From: an uncultured bacterium
Lineage (GTDB): Bacteria; Verrucomicrobiota; Kiritimatiellia; CAIKKV01; CAITUY01
NCBI GenBank assembly: GCA_903908715.1
Contig: CAIVSY010000111.1
Location: 58,655 to 122,654 of the forward strand
Length of the DNA stretch: 64,000 bases
Direction of reading: 5' to 3'
Shown: positions 18,447-27,108 of the stretch, piece after piece
How positions within the stretch are numbered: position 1 is the stretch's first letter
How the letters are laid out: the number at the start of each line of letters is the position of its first letter
Notes under the pieces: generated by a model
Databases searched by the model: none
What the model was told of the DNA's origin: nothing
Seen by the model: the letters and a program-made list of their open reading frames with translations, nothing else
Translations under genes and position numbers: made by a program

Positions 18447-19841
18447 ATGACCGGGAAAACACACTCCAGCCTTGCCCTGACCGCCCGCTCGGCGGAATGG
18501 ATGGCCATTCCCAAGGCCGGCGAACCATCCACCCCGGGCCACGAAGTCGTTCTTCCCGCCGAATCCCCGCACCGGACCCTCATGGACGCCATAGCAGCCG
18601 ATCCGGATTCCATGGGTAAGGCCCTCCGGGAGAAGTGCGGCAGGCTTCCGAAACCCCTCACCACCGGAATTCCGGCATCCCATGTGCTCCTCCGCGTCCT
18701 GGACCTCCCCGAAGGCAGTCCCCAGGATCTTCGCGGCATGGTGGAACTGCAGGTCGACAAGCTCGCGCCATTCCCGGCTGACGAAGCCACCTTCTCCTAC
18801 GAGGTACTGGATACCGCCAACGGGCGCTGCCGCCTGTGGCTGGGCGCTATCCCAACGAAAACCGCGGAATCGCTGGGCTCCTGCCTCAGGGCAGCCGCCA
18901 TGCCGCCCCGGCGGATTGACATCAACCTCCTCGGATGGTGGCAACTCCTGCGCGACGCCGGGAAAACCGGGGATGGTAACGGCTCCCGGGCTTTCCTGAT
19001 CCTCGAAAACGAATCCTGCGACCTGGTTCTTGCCACAGCCGGAATCCCGGTCTCGGTCCGATCCCTCGACGGCCTCGAGGGTCTTTCGTCCGAGGAACTC
19101 GCCGAGGAAATCACCCGGGAATTCCTCTTTACCCTGACGTCTCTCGACCTCGACCGGACAGGGCAGCCGCTTACGGAAATCGCGGTCTGGCATCGCGGCA
19201 AGGCTCCGGATCTCACAATCCAGCGCCTGCACGAGCAAATCGGCGTGGCCGTGCATGCCTTCACCCTGGAGACCCTGCCCCCATTGGCTGAAGGCCTGAG
19301 CCGCAGGGCGATCGCCGGAACACCGCTGCTGGATCTGGCACCCGCCGCATGGCGCGAAGCCGAAGCCAGTCAACGTGCCAGGCGGCGGCTGGTCAGCGTC
19401 GGCGGGACCCTGCTGGGCCTCTGGGCCATCGCCATGGTGATCCTTTTCGGTGGTCTTCAGTATCACAAACAGCGCCTGGGACATCAGGAGACCCTGCTCG
19501 CCGGACTCGCTCCGGCCGCTGAAAACGCCCGTGCCGTGCGCGATCGGGTCAAAACCCTTGAACAGTATATCGAGCGGAAGCACTCGGCCTTGGAATGCCT
19601 GCGCGAAGTTTCCGACCTGCTCCCGCCGGGCATCGAGCTCAAGTCGTTCAACTACCGCAAGTCCAAGACCCTGGAATTGTCCGGCGAGGCTGACGCCGTC
19701 TCTCTCGTCTTCGACTTCAAGAAGGAGATGGAGAAGTCCGAGCTGTTTATCAAGACCGACCTGCCCCGCACCCAGCGGAACGCGCAGGGCAAGGAGGTAT
19801 TCAAGCTGATCGCCACACTGCCGGGAGGAGAGATACAATGA
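18447..19841 (+). CDS. gspL: GspL-like assembly protein (PilM-like cytoplasmic domain, TM segment, PilN-like periplasmic domain)
   Basis: 464 aa. One central TM segment (LLGLWAIAMVILFGGL) separates a cytoplasmic domain from a periplasmic domain. Position matches gspL in the operon order. Confidence 0.55.
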   Translation: MTGKTHSSLALTARSAEWMAIPKAGEPSTPGHEVVLPAESPHRTLMDAIAADPDSMGKALREKCGRLPKPLTTGIPASHVLLRVLDLPEGSPQDLRGMVELQVDKLAPFPADEATFSYEVLDTANGRCRLWLGAIPTKTAESLGSCLRAAAMPPRRIDINLLGWWQLLRDAGKTGDGNGSRAFLILENESCDLVLATAGIPVSVRSLDGLEGLSSEELAEEITREFLFTLTSLDLDRTGQPLTEIAVWHRGKAPDLTIQRLHEQIGVAVHAFTLETLPPLAEGLSRRAIAGTPLLDLAPAAWREAEASQRARRRLVSVGGTLLGLWAIAMVILFGGLQYHKQRLGHQETLLAGLAPAAENARAVRDRVKTLEQYIERKHSALECLREVSDLLPPGIELKSFNYRKSKTLELSGEADAVSLVFDFKKEMEKSELFIKTDLPRTQRNAQGKEVFKLIATLPGGEIQ

Positions 19842-20404
19842 AAATGTCCTCCCGGGAAATTCTTCTGGCCGGCATCACGGGCATGGTTGCCCTGTTCGGG
19901 GTCTCCTACCTCCTGGCTGTTCCGCGGATCAAGGACTGGAGTGTCCTGCGCGATAAGCGCGAGGAAGCGCAACGCCGCATCGACCTGACACAACGACTGA
20001 TCGAGCAGGCCCCCGCTTGGGACGTCAAGCTCAAGGAGCTACGGCGCAGGCTCCCGCAATATGCACCGGAAAAGGACGTCACGGCCGACCTGATGATCCG
20101 GATCGAAAAAATGGCTTCCGCCAGCGGACTGACCCTCGCAAGCCGTGACCTGGAAAAGGAAACGCGCTCCGCCGAAATGTACGAACTGGCTGCCAACTGC
20201 AAGTGGGAAGGCAAGCTGGAGCCCTTGGTCCAATTCCTCTTTGCACTCCAGCAGGAGGATGCTATCCTCGACGTCAGCCAACTTACGGTGGCACCAAACG
20301 AAAAGCGGATCCTGAAAGGAAGTTTCACCGTTTATTGCTCGTATTCCCGGGCCAAAGCCGGCGGATCCACCGATAAAAACGAACCCAAGGGCCAGCAACC
20401 ATGA
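19838..20404 (+). CDS. gspM: GspM/PilO-like inner-membrane protein
   Basis: 188 aa. N-terminal TM segment followed by a periplasmic domain. ATGA overlaps with both gspL and gspD. Confidence 0.5.
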   Translation: MKMSSREILLAGITGMVALFGVSYLLAVPRIKDWSVLRDKREEAQRRIDLTQRLIEQAPAWDVKLKELRRRLPQYAPEKDVTADLMIRIEKMASASGLTLASRDLEKETRSAEMYELAANCKWEGKLEPLVQFLFALQQEDAILDVSQLTVAPNEKRILKGSFTVYCSYSRAKAGGSTDKNEPKGQQP

Positions 20405-22776
20405 AATCCCCGATCCTGCGTACCTTCGGATGCATCGTAGCCATCCTGGCGGCCGGCCTCGGCGCCCCGCTCCCGGCCCAGATGCCGCCTGCAACGGCCA
20501 CTCCATCTGCGCCTCCCACCCCACCGGCGATCCCGGGCCTGACCCGCCCCGCACCAACCGTGAATCCTCAAACCGCCCCTTCAACCACCAAGACCGTCGC
20601 CCTGAAATTCAACGCCGCCCCCATGGAGCAGGTCCTGCAATTCTACAGCGAACTGACAGGCCGCACCATTCTCCCCGCGCCGGGAATCAATGCAACCGTC
20701 ACCCTGCGCAGCCAATCCGACCTGACCATCGCCGAAGCCATCCAGGCCATCAAGACCGTTCTCGCCATGAACAATGTCGGACTGGTCGACACCGGCCCCA
20801 AGTTCGTCAAGGTCGTCCCCATCGGCTCCGTCCAGCAGGAAGGCCTGCCGATACAGAGCAACATCTGGCAGGAAGTCCGCCACGAGGAAAATGACCAGTT
20901 GTTGAGCGAGATCATCCCGCTGAAATACATCGACCCCGCAGAGGCACAGAAAGCGATCAGCGGGCTGATCCATTCCTATGGCAAGATCCTGCCGCTGGAA
21001 CGAATCAACAGCCTGCTGATCGCCGACAGCTCCATCAATATCAACCGTATCAAGGACGTCCTCATCCAGATCGACCAACCCCTGGAACTGAAGGAAAAAC
21101 TGCATATCATGACCATCCGGCATGCGAAGGCGTCGGATATCAAGGCCCGCATGGAGGAAATCCTGGCCGACCAGAAGGAGAAGGAAAAACAAACTTCCGG
21201 CCGCCGCCTTAAGGAAACCGGATCCCCGGGCGTGGAAACCGCTACGCCGCCCACCATTCCAGGCGTCATCCGTGCACGGCCTGCCGCCACCACCCCGACC
21301 TCCACCACCGAACCGGCCGCAGTCGACGAAGGCGAGATGATCCGCGGCACGGTCAAGCTGATTGCCGACGACCGGACCGGTATGCTGATCATCATCACCC
21401 GCCCGGAAAATATGCTTTTCTTTGAACAGATCGTCACGGCCCTCGATGTACCCACCGCGCCGGATGTCAGCGTGCAGGTCATCCGCCTCGAATATGCCGA
21501 CGCCGAAAGCGTCGCGAGCATGCTGAACGCCCTGATCGGAGCGGCCTCATCCACGAAGGACAGCCAACCCGCTAAAGGCGCCACCAGCGGCACCGCCGCC
21601 TCTGCCGGGAAGACAGGAGAGTCCACCGAGCCCGCGCGCAGCAGCCAGCTCCAGGAGTTTATCGAACAGCAGCGCACGCTGGCCACCCGCTCCACCAGGG
21701 CCGGGGAAGCCAAGTCAAAGATCGGCCAGCTCTCGGCCGAAAATATCCGCATCCTGGCCGATGAACGGACAAACGCTCTCATCATCATGGCCAGCAAGGG
21801 TGATATGGCCTCCATCCTCGACCTGCTGAAGGATATGGACATCATGTTGTCCCAGGTGCTGATCGAGGCGGTCATCCTCCAGGTCGCACTGGACAAGACC
21901 CTGGAGCGCGGCGTGGACTGGGTCCAGCGCTCCATGGTGGCCTACGACACGGACAACGGCGGCCGCGATCCGCTCTTCGCCTTCGCGGGCGCAGGGGGCG
22001 GCGGAACCCTTTCGCCCAAGGATGCCTTGAGCCTCTCCTCCACCTTCTCCGCAGGTGGCGGCTTAACTTACTACTTCACACATTTCGGATTGAACATGGA
22101 TGCCGTCATAAAGCTCACCCAGACGGACTCCCGCGGAAAAGTTCTTTCCTCCCCGATCATCCTCACGACCGACAACAAGGAAGCCATCATCAAGATCACG
22201 GAAAACCGATACTTCTACAAGGGCGTGCGCTACGTGGGTTATTCGGGAACGGAGCAGCAACTGGCCCCCGATGTGGAATCCAAGGACATCGGGCTGACCT
22301 TGACCGTCAAACCGCGCATCAACGCGAAGAAGTTCGTCAGCATGGAGATCAAGCAGGAGATCCAGAATATCTCCGGCGAACAGGCAATCGAGGGGCAGGG
22401 CAACTGGCCGATCGTTGCCTCCCGCGAAATGACGGCCGCCATCTCCGTCCGCAGCGGCGAAACCATCGTGCTCGGCGGCCTTGTGGAGAAATCCGAGAAC
22501 AACAGCGGAATCCGCATTCCCCTCCTGGGTAGCATCCCGATCCTGGGCATCCCCTTCCGCTCCACCACCGATAAGGACCTGCGCCGCGAAATCGTCGTGT
22601 TTATCACACCCACTGTCCTGGATAACCCCGAGGAAATCGAGGCCGAATCCGCCCGCCGCAAGAGCGCCACCACAATGAACGGGGAGGGTATGTGGGAAAA
22701 CCGATGGTCGAACAGTAAACTGGCGGAGCCGCCCCGCGGTCGCGTGGGCCAGTGGTGGCGCAACCTCTTGAAATAG
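20401..22776 (+). CDS. gspD: Type II secretion outer-membrane secretin GspD
   Basis: 791 aa. Signal peptide, N0/N1 domains, a Thr/Pro/Ala-rich linker and a C-terminal secretin domain (VLSSPIILTTDNKEAII…IPILGIP). Confidence 0.9.
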   Translation: MKSPILRTFGCIVAILAAGLGAPLPAQMPPATATPSAPPTPPAIPGLTRPAPTVNPQTAPSTTKTVALKFNAAPMEQVLQFYSELTGRTILPAPGINATVTLRSQSDLTIAEAIQAIKTVLAMNNVGLVDTGPKFVKVVPIGSVQQEGLPIQSNIWQEVRHEENDQLLSEIIPLKYIDPAEAQKAISGLIHSYGKILPLERINSLLIADSSININRIKDVLIQIDQPLELKEKLHIMTIRHAKASDIKARMEEILADQKEKEKQTSGRRLKETGSPGVETATPPTIPGVIRARPAATTPTSTTEPAAVDEGEMIRGTVKLIADDRTGMLIIITRPENMLFFEQIVTALDVPTAPDVSVQVIRLEYADAESVASMLNALIGAASSTKDSQPAKGATSGTAASAGKTGESTEPARSSQLQEFIEQQRTLATRSTRAGEAKSKIGQLSAENIRILADERTNALIIMASKGDMASILDLLKDMDIMLSQVLIEAVILQVALDKTLERGVDWVQRSMVAYDTDNGGRDPLFAFAGAGGGGTLSPKDALSLSSTFSAGGGLTYYFTHFGLNMDAVIKLTQTDSRGKVLSSPIILTTDNKEAIIKITENRYFYKGVRYVGYSGTEQQLAPDVESKDIGLTLTVKPRINAKKFVSMEIKQEIQNISGEQAIEGQGNWPIVASREMTAAISVRSGETIVLGGLVEKSENNSGIRIPLLGSIPILGIPFRSTTDKDLRREIVVFITPTVLDNPEEIEAESARRKSATTMNGEGMWENRWSNSKLAEPPRGRVGQWWRNLLK

Positions 22777-22792
22777 CCGGAAAGGAAGAATC

Positions 22793-23446
22793 ATGAAGAA
22801 ATCATTTACCGTTACCGCCGCGTTGGCTCTTGCAATGCTGGCCGGTTCAGGATGCAGTTCGTTGCGCATCGTGCAGGGTCAGGCCGCACCGCCCAACTGG
22901 GTCGCCAACCCCTCCGCCCTGCCGGACGCTGATACCAATGCCTTCGTGTTCGCCAGCGGAATCAGCACCTACAACATGGTTCTCGAGGAGGGCATCAACG
23001 ATGCCCGGCATGATGCCATCCGGAAAATCGCCGAACGCGTCAGCGTAACCGCCGACGACATCTACCGGACAGACCGGAATGACAAGCTTTCGAATACCCA
23101 TACCGATATGCCGAATACCCCTCAGACGTTCTTCAACTCGCACAAGGCGGTCAGCACCGGCAGCAAGGTGGAAACAAAGAAAACCCGCAACCCGCAGGCA
23201 AACCATGTATCCCAGACCCGCCTGCACGGCATGGATGAGTTCAAGCTGTCGTACACGGTCTGGCAATACGGCCCAAGCCTCTGGGCAAAAATGATCTATG
23301 GCGATACCGCCGTCCGCTTCTACGATGTATACGTCCTGATGCGGTGCCCAAAGACAGAATTCACAAGGGCTCTGCGTCTTGAATCGGAGCAGGAAGGCAT
23401 CCTGCCCGCCGGCGAGGTCAGCCCAACCGAAGGGACCCGCCAGTAA
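22793..23446 (+). CDS. Lipoprotein (candidate secretin pilotin/accessory)
   Basis: 217 aa. Lipobox LAGSGC after the signal peptide. Lies 16 nt downstream of gspD. Confidence 0.5.
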   Translation: MKKSFTVTAALALAMLAGSGCSSLRIVQGQAAPPNWVANPSALPDADTNAFVFASGISTYNMVLEEGINDARHDAIRKIAERVSVTADDIYRTDRNDKLSNTHTDMPNTPQTFFNSHKAVSTGSKVETKKTRNPQANHVSQTRLHGMDEFKLSYTVWQYGPSLWAKMIYGDTAVRFYDVYVLMRCPKTEFTRALRLESEQEGILPAGEVSPTEGTRQ

Positions 23447-23519
23447 TTAGAATATTGACAAGCGGCGCCGTTTGGGATAAACAGCGTCGCTTTTTCACGG
23501 TTGGAAAGGTTATAGAATC

Positions 23520-23948
23520 ATGAAGACATCTCTTCCGAAAACAAGCGACATCCAGCGCGCCTGGCATCTGGTGGACGCATCGGGAAAACCGCTGGGCCGA
23601 TTGGCTGTCAAGGTGGCTAACCTGCTGCGGGGCCGCAACAAGGCTATTTTCACACCCCATATTGACACCGGCGATTTCGTTATCGTCATCAACGCCAAGG
23701 ACGTCAAGCTGACCGGCAGCAAGGACCAGAAGAAGGTCTACGCGCGCTATTCAGGCTACCGTAGCGGCCATAAGGTCACAACCGTCAAGACCATGCGCGA
23801 GCGTCACCCGGAAAGAATCATCCAGAAGGCTGTCGAAGGCATGCTGCCGGACAACAAGATGAGCCGGGTCATCGCCAAGCGCCTGAAGGTCTACGCCAAC
23901 GGGCATCACCCGCATGCGTCGCAGACCCCCGCACCGATCAAACTGTAA
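23520..23948 (+). CDS. rplM: 50S ribosomal protein L13
   Basis: 142 aa with full-length L13 identity pattern (RLAVKVANLLRGRNKAIFTPH…). Confidence 0.95.
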   Translation: MKTSLPKTSDIQRAWHLVDASGKPLGRLAVKVANLLRGRNKAIFTPHIDTGDFVIVINAKDVKLTGSKDQKKVYARYSGYRSGHKVTTVKTMRERHPERIIQKAVEGMLPDNKMSRVIAKRLKVYANGHHPHASQTPAPIKL

Positions 23949-23966
23949 ACAGGAAGGAATACTCCC

Positions 23967-24365
23967 GTGTCCGAAAAAGTCCCCACATTCAGTGCAACCG
24001 GCCGCCGCAAGACCGCGGTCGCCCGCGTCAACCTCGTGCCTGGAACCGGCAAGTGGCAGGTCAACAGCAAGGATCCGATGATCTACTTCGGAACCGAAGC
24101 TGTCGTGAAATTCATTGAACAGCCGATGAAGCTGACCGAAACCCGCGAGAAATTCGACCTTTGCGCGGATCTGAATGGCGGTGGAATCGTCGGTCAGGCC
24201 GGCGCCCTGCGCCACGCCATCGCGCGCGCACTGATTCTTTCCGATGCATCGCTCCGCGAAGTCCTGAAGGGCAGCGGATGCCTGACCCGTGATTCCCGTA
24301 TGAAGGAACGCAAGAAGTACGGTCAGCCCGGCGCCCGCAAACGCTTCCAGTTCTCGAAGCGTTAA
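23967..24365 (+). CDS. rpsI: 30S ribosomal protein S9
   Basis: 132 aa. S9 signature GGGIVGQAGALRHAIARAL and C-terminal KKYGQPGARKRFQFSKR. Confidence 0.95.
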   Translation: MSEKVPTFSATGRRKTAVARVNLVPGTGKWQVNSKDPMIYFGTEAVVKFIEQPMKLTETREKFDLCADLNGGGIVGQAGALRHAIARALILSDASLREVLKGSGCLTRDSRMKERKKYGQPGARKRFQFSKR

Positions 24366-24404
24366 ACCAACTGCCCGCGGCAAACGGGCCTGCGTAAACG
24401 GAAA

Positions 24405-24440
24405 CCCGCGGCGGATGTCAGAATCCGCGGCGGGTTTTTT
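24405..24440. terminator. Bidirectional intrinsic terminator (rpsI versus acyltransferase)
   Basis: CCCGCGGCGGAT-loop-ATCCGCGGCGGG with one mismatch, followed by TTTTTT. Sits between the convergent 3' ends of rpsI and the acyltransferase gene. Confidence 0.6.
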
Positions 24441-25350
24441 ATCGCTCCCTGCCGGAGGGAACCGGATCGAGGACCCATCGCTTGTTGTACCAGAACCACT
24501 GACCGGGATCCTCACGGATTCCCCGCTCCACAACATCCAGCACCGCCTGGGTCATCCGCTGGATATCGGCCTGTTTCTCCATTCCGGGATCCGCCAGCAC
24601 CGGCGCATGCATACGCCCCTCATGACGCGCCCAGCCAGTACGCCGCATCAGGATCGGATACACCGGGACGCCGGTATGCCGCGCAAACATCGCCATCCCG
24701 GGACCGACATTGGCCTCACCGCCCAGAAAACGCACACGAACCCCCTCCTCCCGCATACGGACATCGGGAAGCATCGCCAGGAAACCACCCTGCTCCAGGC
24801 GACGGACAATCTCCCTCAAAGACCCGGCACCCCGCAGAGTGATCGGAATCCCCGCCCGCTCCCGTGCCCGGTTGAGATAACGGTCAAACAGCGGATTGCG
24901 CTGCTTGCCGGCCACGGAAAACACCGGCATGCCGAGAAGTTGCATCGCACGCCCGGCTAATTCCCAGGATCCCATGTGGGGCACGGCGATCACCGCACCC
25001 TGACCCCTCTCCTTCTGCTCCTTCAACGCCGCCAGGAAATCACAATCGGCAATCGCCTGGAACCGTTCCAAGGTCAGGGAAGGCGACCGGATGATATCCA
25101 CCGCCGTGAACATCAGGTTGCGCAAGGACTCCCATGCAATCCGCCGCACCTCACGCTCCTCGTAACGATCCCCGAATACGAGGCGGATCCGTCGTTCCGC
25201 TTCAGCCCTCCGGAACCGCACCAGATGGAAACCGATGAACGCAAGACCCCAAGCCACGGCAAGTGCAATGCGGTAAGGGAGAACACCTACAACCCAAGCC
25301 ATTCCCCGCAGAAACCCATACTCCAGCAAATGCTTGACCCGGTATTTCAT
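24439..25350 (-). CDS. Lipid A biosynthesis lauroyl/myristoyl acyltransferase (LpxL/HtrB lysophospholipid acyltransferase family)
   Basis: 303 aa. N-terminal TM segment and PHMGSWE (H-x4-E, equivalent to HFGNWE in LpxL). ATGA overlap with the upstream DUF362 gene. Confidence 0.75.
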   Translation of the reverse strand: MKYRVKHLLEYGFLRGMAWVVGVLPYRIALAVAWGLAFIGFHLVRFRRAEAERRIRLVFGDRYEEREVRRIAWESLRNLMFTAVDIIRSPSLTLERFQAIADCDFLAALKEQKERGQGAVIAVPHMGSWELAGRAMQLLGMPVFSVAGKQRNPLFDRYLNRARERAGIPITLRGAGSLREIVRRLEQGGFLAMLPDVRMREEGVRVRFLGGEANVGPGMAMFARHTGVPVYPILMRRTGWARHEGRMHAPVLADPGMEKQADIQRMTQAVLDVVERGIREDPGQWFWYNKRWVLDPVPSGRER

Positions 25351-26504
25351 TCAACCCCTCCCCGCCCCTTGCGCCGCGGCCGCAGGGCCTGGATGACGCG
25401 GAACACGGGACCCGGCGCCATTTCAATGGCATGCGCCGGGCAGATTTCATGACAGCAGCAACAGGCAATACAGAGTCCGGAATTGAGTAACGGACTTGAA
25501 CCGGGCTCCATGTGCAAGGCATTGGCCGGACACGCCCGGACACACTTGCCGCAGGAAATACAGGCCGCACCGAAAACCGGGCGATGCCAGAACGCCGGAG
25601 CCACCATCCGGATCAACCAGCCGGGAATCCACGCTGTCGGCACGACCCGCGCCAGACGGAATTCCCGTACCCGCCCGCAATCCGCGCCCCCTTCTACTTC
25701 AATGTCCTCCGCATGGGCATTCCCGTGCCCGAGACGTTCCGCCGCCGCAAGGTGGGCAATCCGAGCCGGCTCCATCCCCAGCATCCAGCAGAAAACAGAA
25801 TCCAGCGCCACCCCGTCCGCCGAAGCTCCCACGATCCCAAGAGGGAAAGGCCGGCCCGCCGATGGCCCATCCCCATCCATCGCCAACACCCCATCCGCAA
25901 TCGCAAGAACCGGCTTCACCCTGCCATAAACCCGGGCCAGCATCTCGCTGAACTCCGACACACGGGGATACTGCTTGTGCAAGGCCGTCTTCTGGAATCC
26001 CGGAACCACGCCATACAGGTTCTTGACCGAAGCTGTGAGTCCCGTAAGCACATGAGTCTTGACCTTTGGCACCGTGATGATGGCGTCCGATTCCAGCACC
26101 GGCCGGGCAATCGTAAAGGAGATCCCTCCATCCTCAAACGTTTCCGATCCCGCCTTCTCCAGGTTCACAAGGGGCACAGACTCCTCCCTGCAAACCGCCG
26201 CCACGCCGGTCCTGTCCCACACCCTTGCCAGATCCGCGACATTGGCCGGGCTATCCCCCACCCAGGGCGAGGCGCCAGCCCCCTTGACGAGACGGATCAC
26301 CGCACGAACCATCTCCGGGTGTGTCGTGACCGCCTCTTCCGGTCGCGCGTCGGTGAGAAGATTGGGCTTGATGAGAACCTGCTGACCGGGGCGTACGAAT
26401 ATACCCATTCCGCCAAGACGGGCCATGAGGCCCTCCACGGATCCGGCAACCGCATCGTAACTGTCGCATCGAGCAAGGATCACCCGCGAGGTCATGCGCA
26501 GCAA
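25347..26504 (-). CDS. DUF362 domain protein with C-terminal 4Fe-4S dicluster ferredoxin domain
   Basis: 385 aa. C-terminal CxxCxxCxxxCP twice (CISCGKCVRACP, CIACCCCHEICP). Confidence 0.6.
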   Translation of the reverse strand: MLRMTSRVILARCDSYDAVAGSVEGLMARLGGMGIFVRPGQQVLIKPNLLTDARPEEAVTTHPEMVRAVIRLVKGAGASPWVGDSPANVADLARVWDRTGVAAVCREESVPLVNLEKAGSETFEDGGISFTIARPVLESDAIITVPKVKTHVLTGLTASVKNLYGVVPGFQKTALHKQYPRVSEFSEMLARVYGRVKPVLAIADGVLAMDGDGPSAGRPFPLGIVGASADGVALDSVFCWMLGMEPARIAHLAAAERLGHGNAHAEDIEVEGGADCGRVREFRLARVVPTAWIPGWLIRMVAPAFWHRPVFGAACISCGKCVRACPANALHMEPGSSPLLNSGLCIACCCCHEICPAHAIEMAPGPVFRVIQALRPRRKGRGGVE

Positions 26505-26543
26505 GGTACCGCCCCCTCCCCACCCTCCACAAGAGCAAAACCA

Positions 26544-27107
26544 TCACCAGTAGATGAAACTGGCCAGCAGGTCCCGGTCGGCTTCCGGCAGTTCCGAAAG
26601 ATCGGGTATGATGTAGCGGTTGTCAAAGGCATCCAGCAGGACCTTGCCCGATGACCCATAGTCTTCCGCGCGATCCCCGCGCCAAGGCATGACAAAGTCG
26701 AGTTTGCCACGGGTCGTTTCGACCTTGAAGAACAACAAGCCAAACCGGTTCTCGATCTTGTGGATGCGGATGATCCTCCGCTCGAAATAATGCTTGGCCA
26801 TGCTCTTGCGAACCATGTCCTGAGCCTCTTGCGAAAAAACCTTCAGGTCGTCAATAATCCCGATCTCCCGCTCCTTCTCATTCCGGTCATTGGTGTCCGT
26901 GTACCGCAGGGATATGAACCGGTCCGGCTGGCTGACGGGAAAGAGGACCACGGCATAGACCCCGCGGTACAACGTGTCGCCCTGGACCGCGCAATGCATG
27001 AGGGAGAATGAACCCTCGAAAAGGTTGGTGTTCTCCGGCGTCAACAGCCGGACCCCGACTTGTCCCAGCCGGGCGTCATCATAAACCTGGACTCCGGGCG
27101 CCTGCAT
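26544..27107 (-). CDS. Small cytoplasmic protein (DUF1854-like, an ABC-transporter-associated family, tentative)
   Basis: 187 aa, no TM segment. Its start lies 1 nt after the ABC exporter stop, suggesting translational coupling. Confidence 0.45.
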   Translation of the reverse strand: MQAPGVQVYDDARLGQVGVRLLTPENTNLFEGSFSLMHCAVQGDTLYRGVYAVVLFPVSQPDRFISLRYTDTNDRNEKEREIGIIDDLKVFSQEAQDMVRKSMAKHYFERRIIRIHKIENRFGLLFFKVETTRGKLDFVMPWRGDRAEDYGSSGKVLLDAFDNRYIIPDLSELPEADRDLLASFIYW

Positions 27108-27108
27108 C

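Noticed and set aside
23458-23500. Possible terminator or ribosomal-protein leader hairpin between the lipoprotein gene and rplM
   Set aside because: The stem has a mismatch and a 15-nt loop, and the T-run is partly inside the stem. It is too weak to call without a folding calculation.
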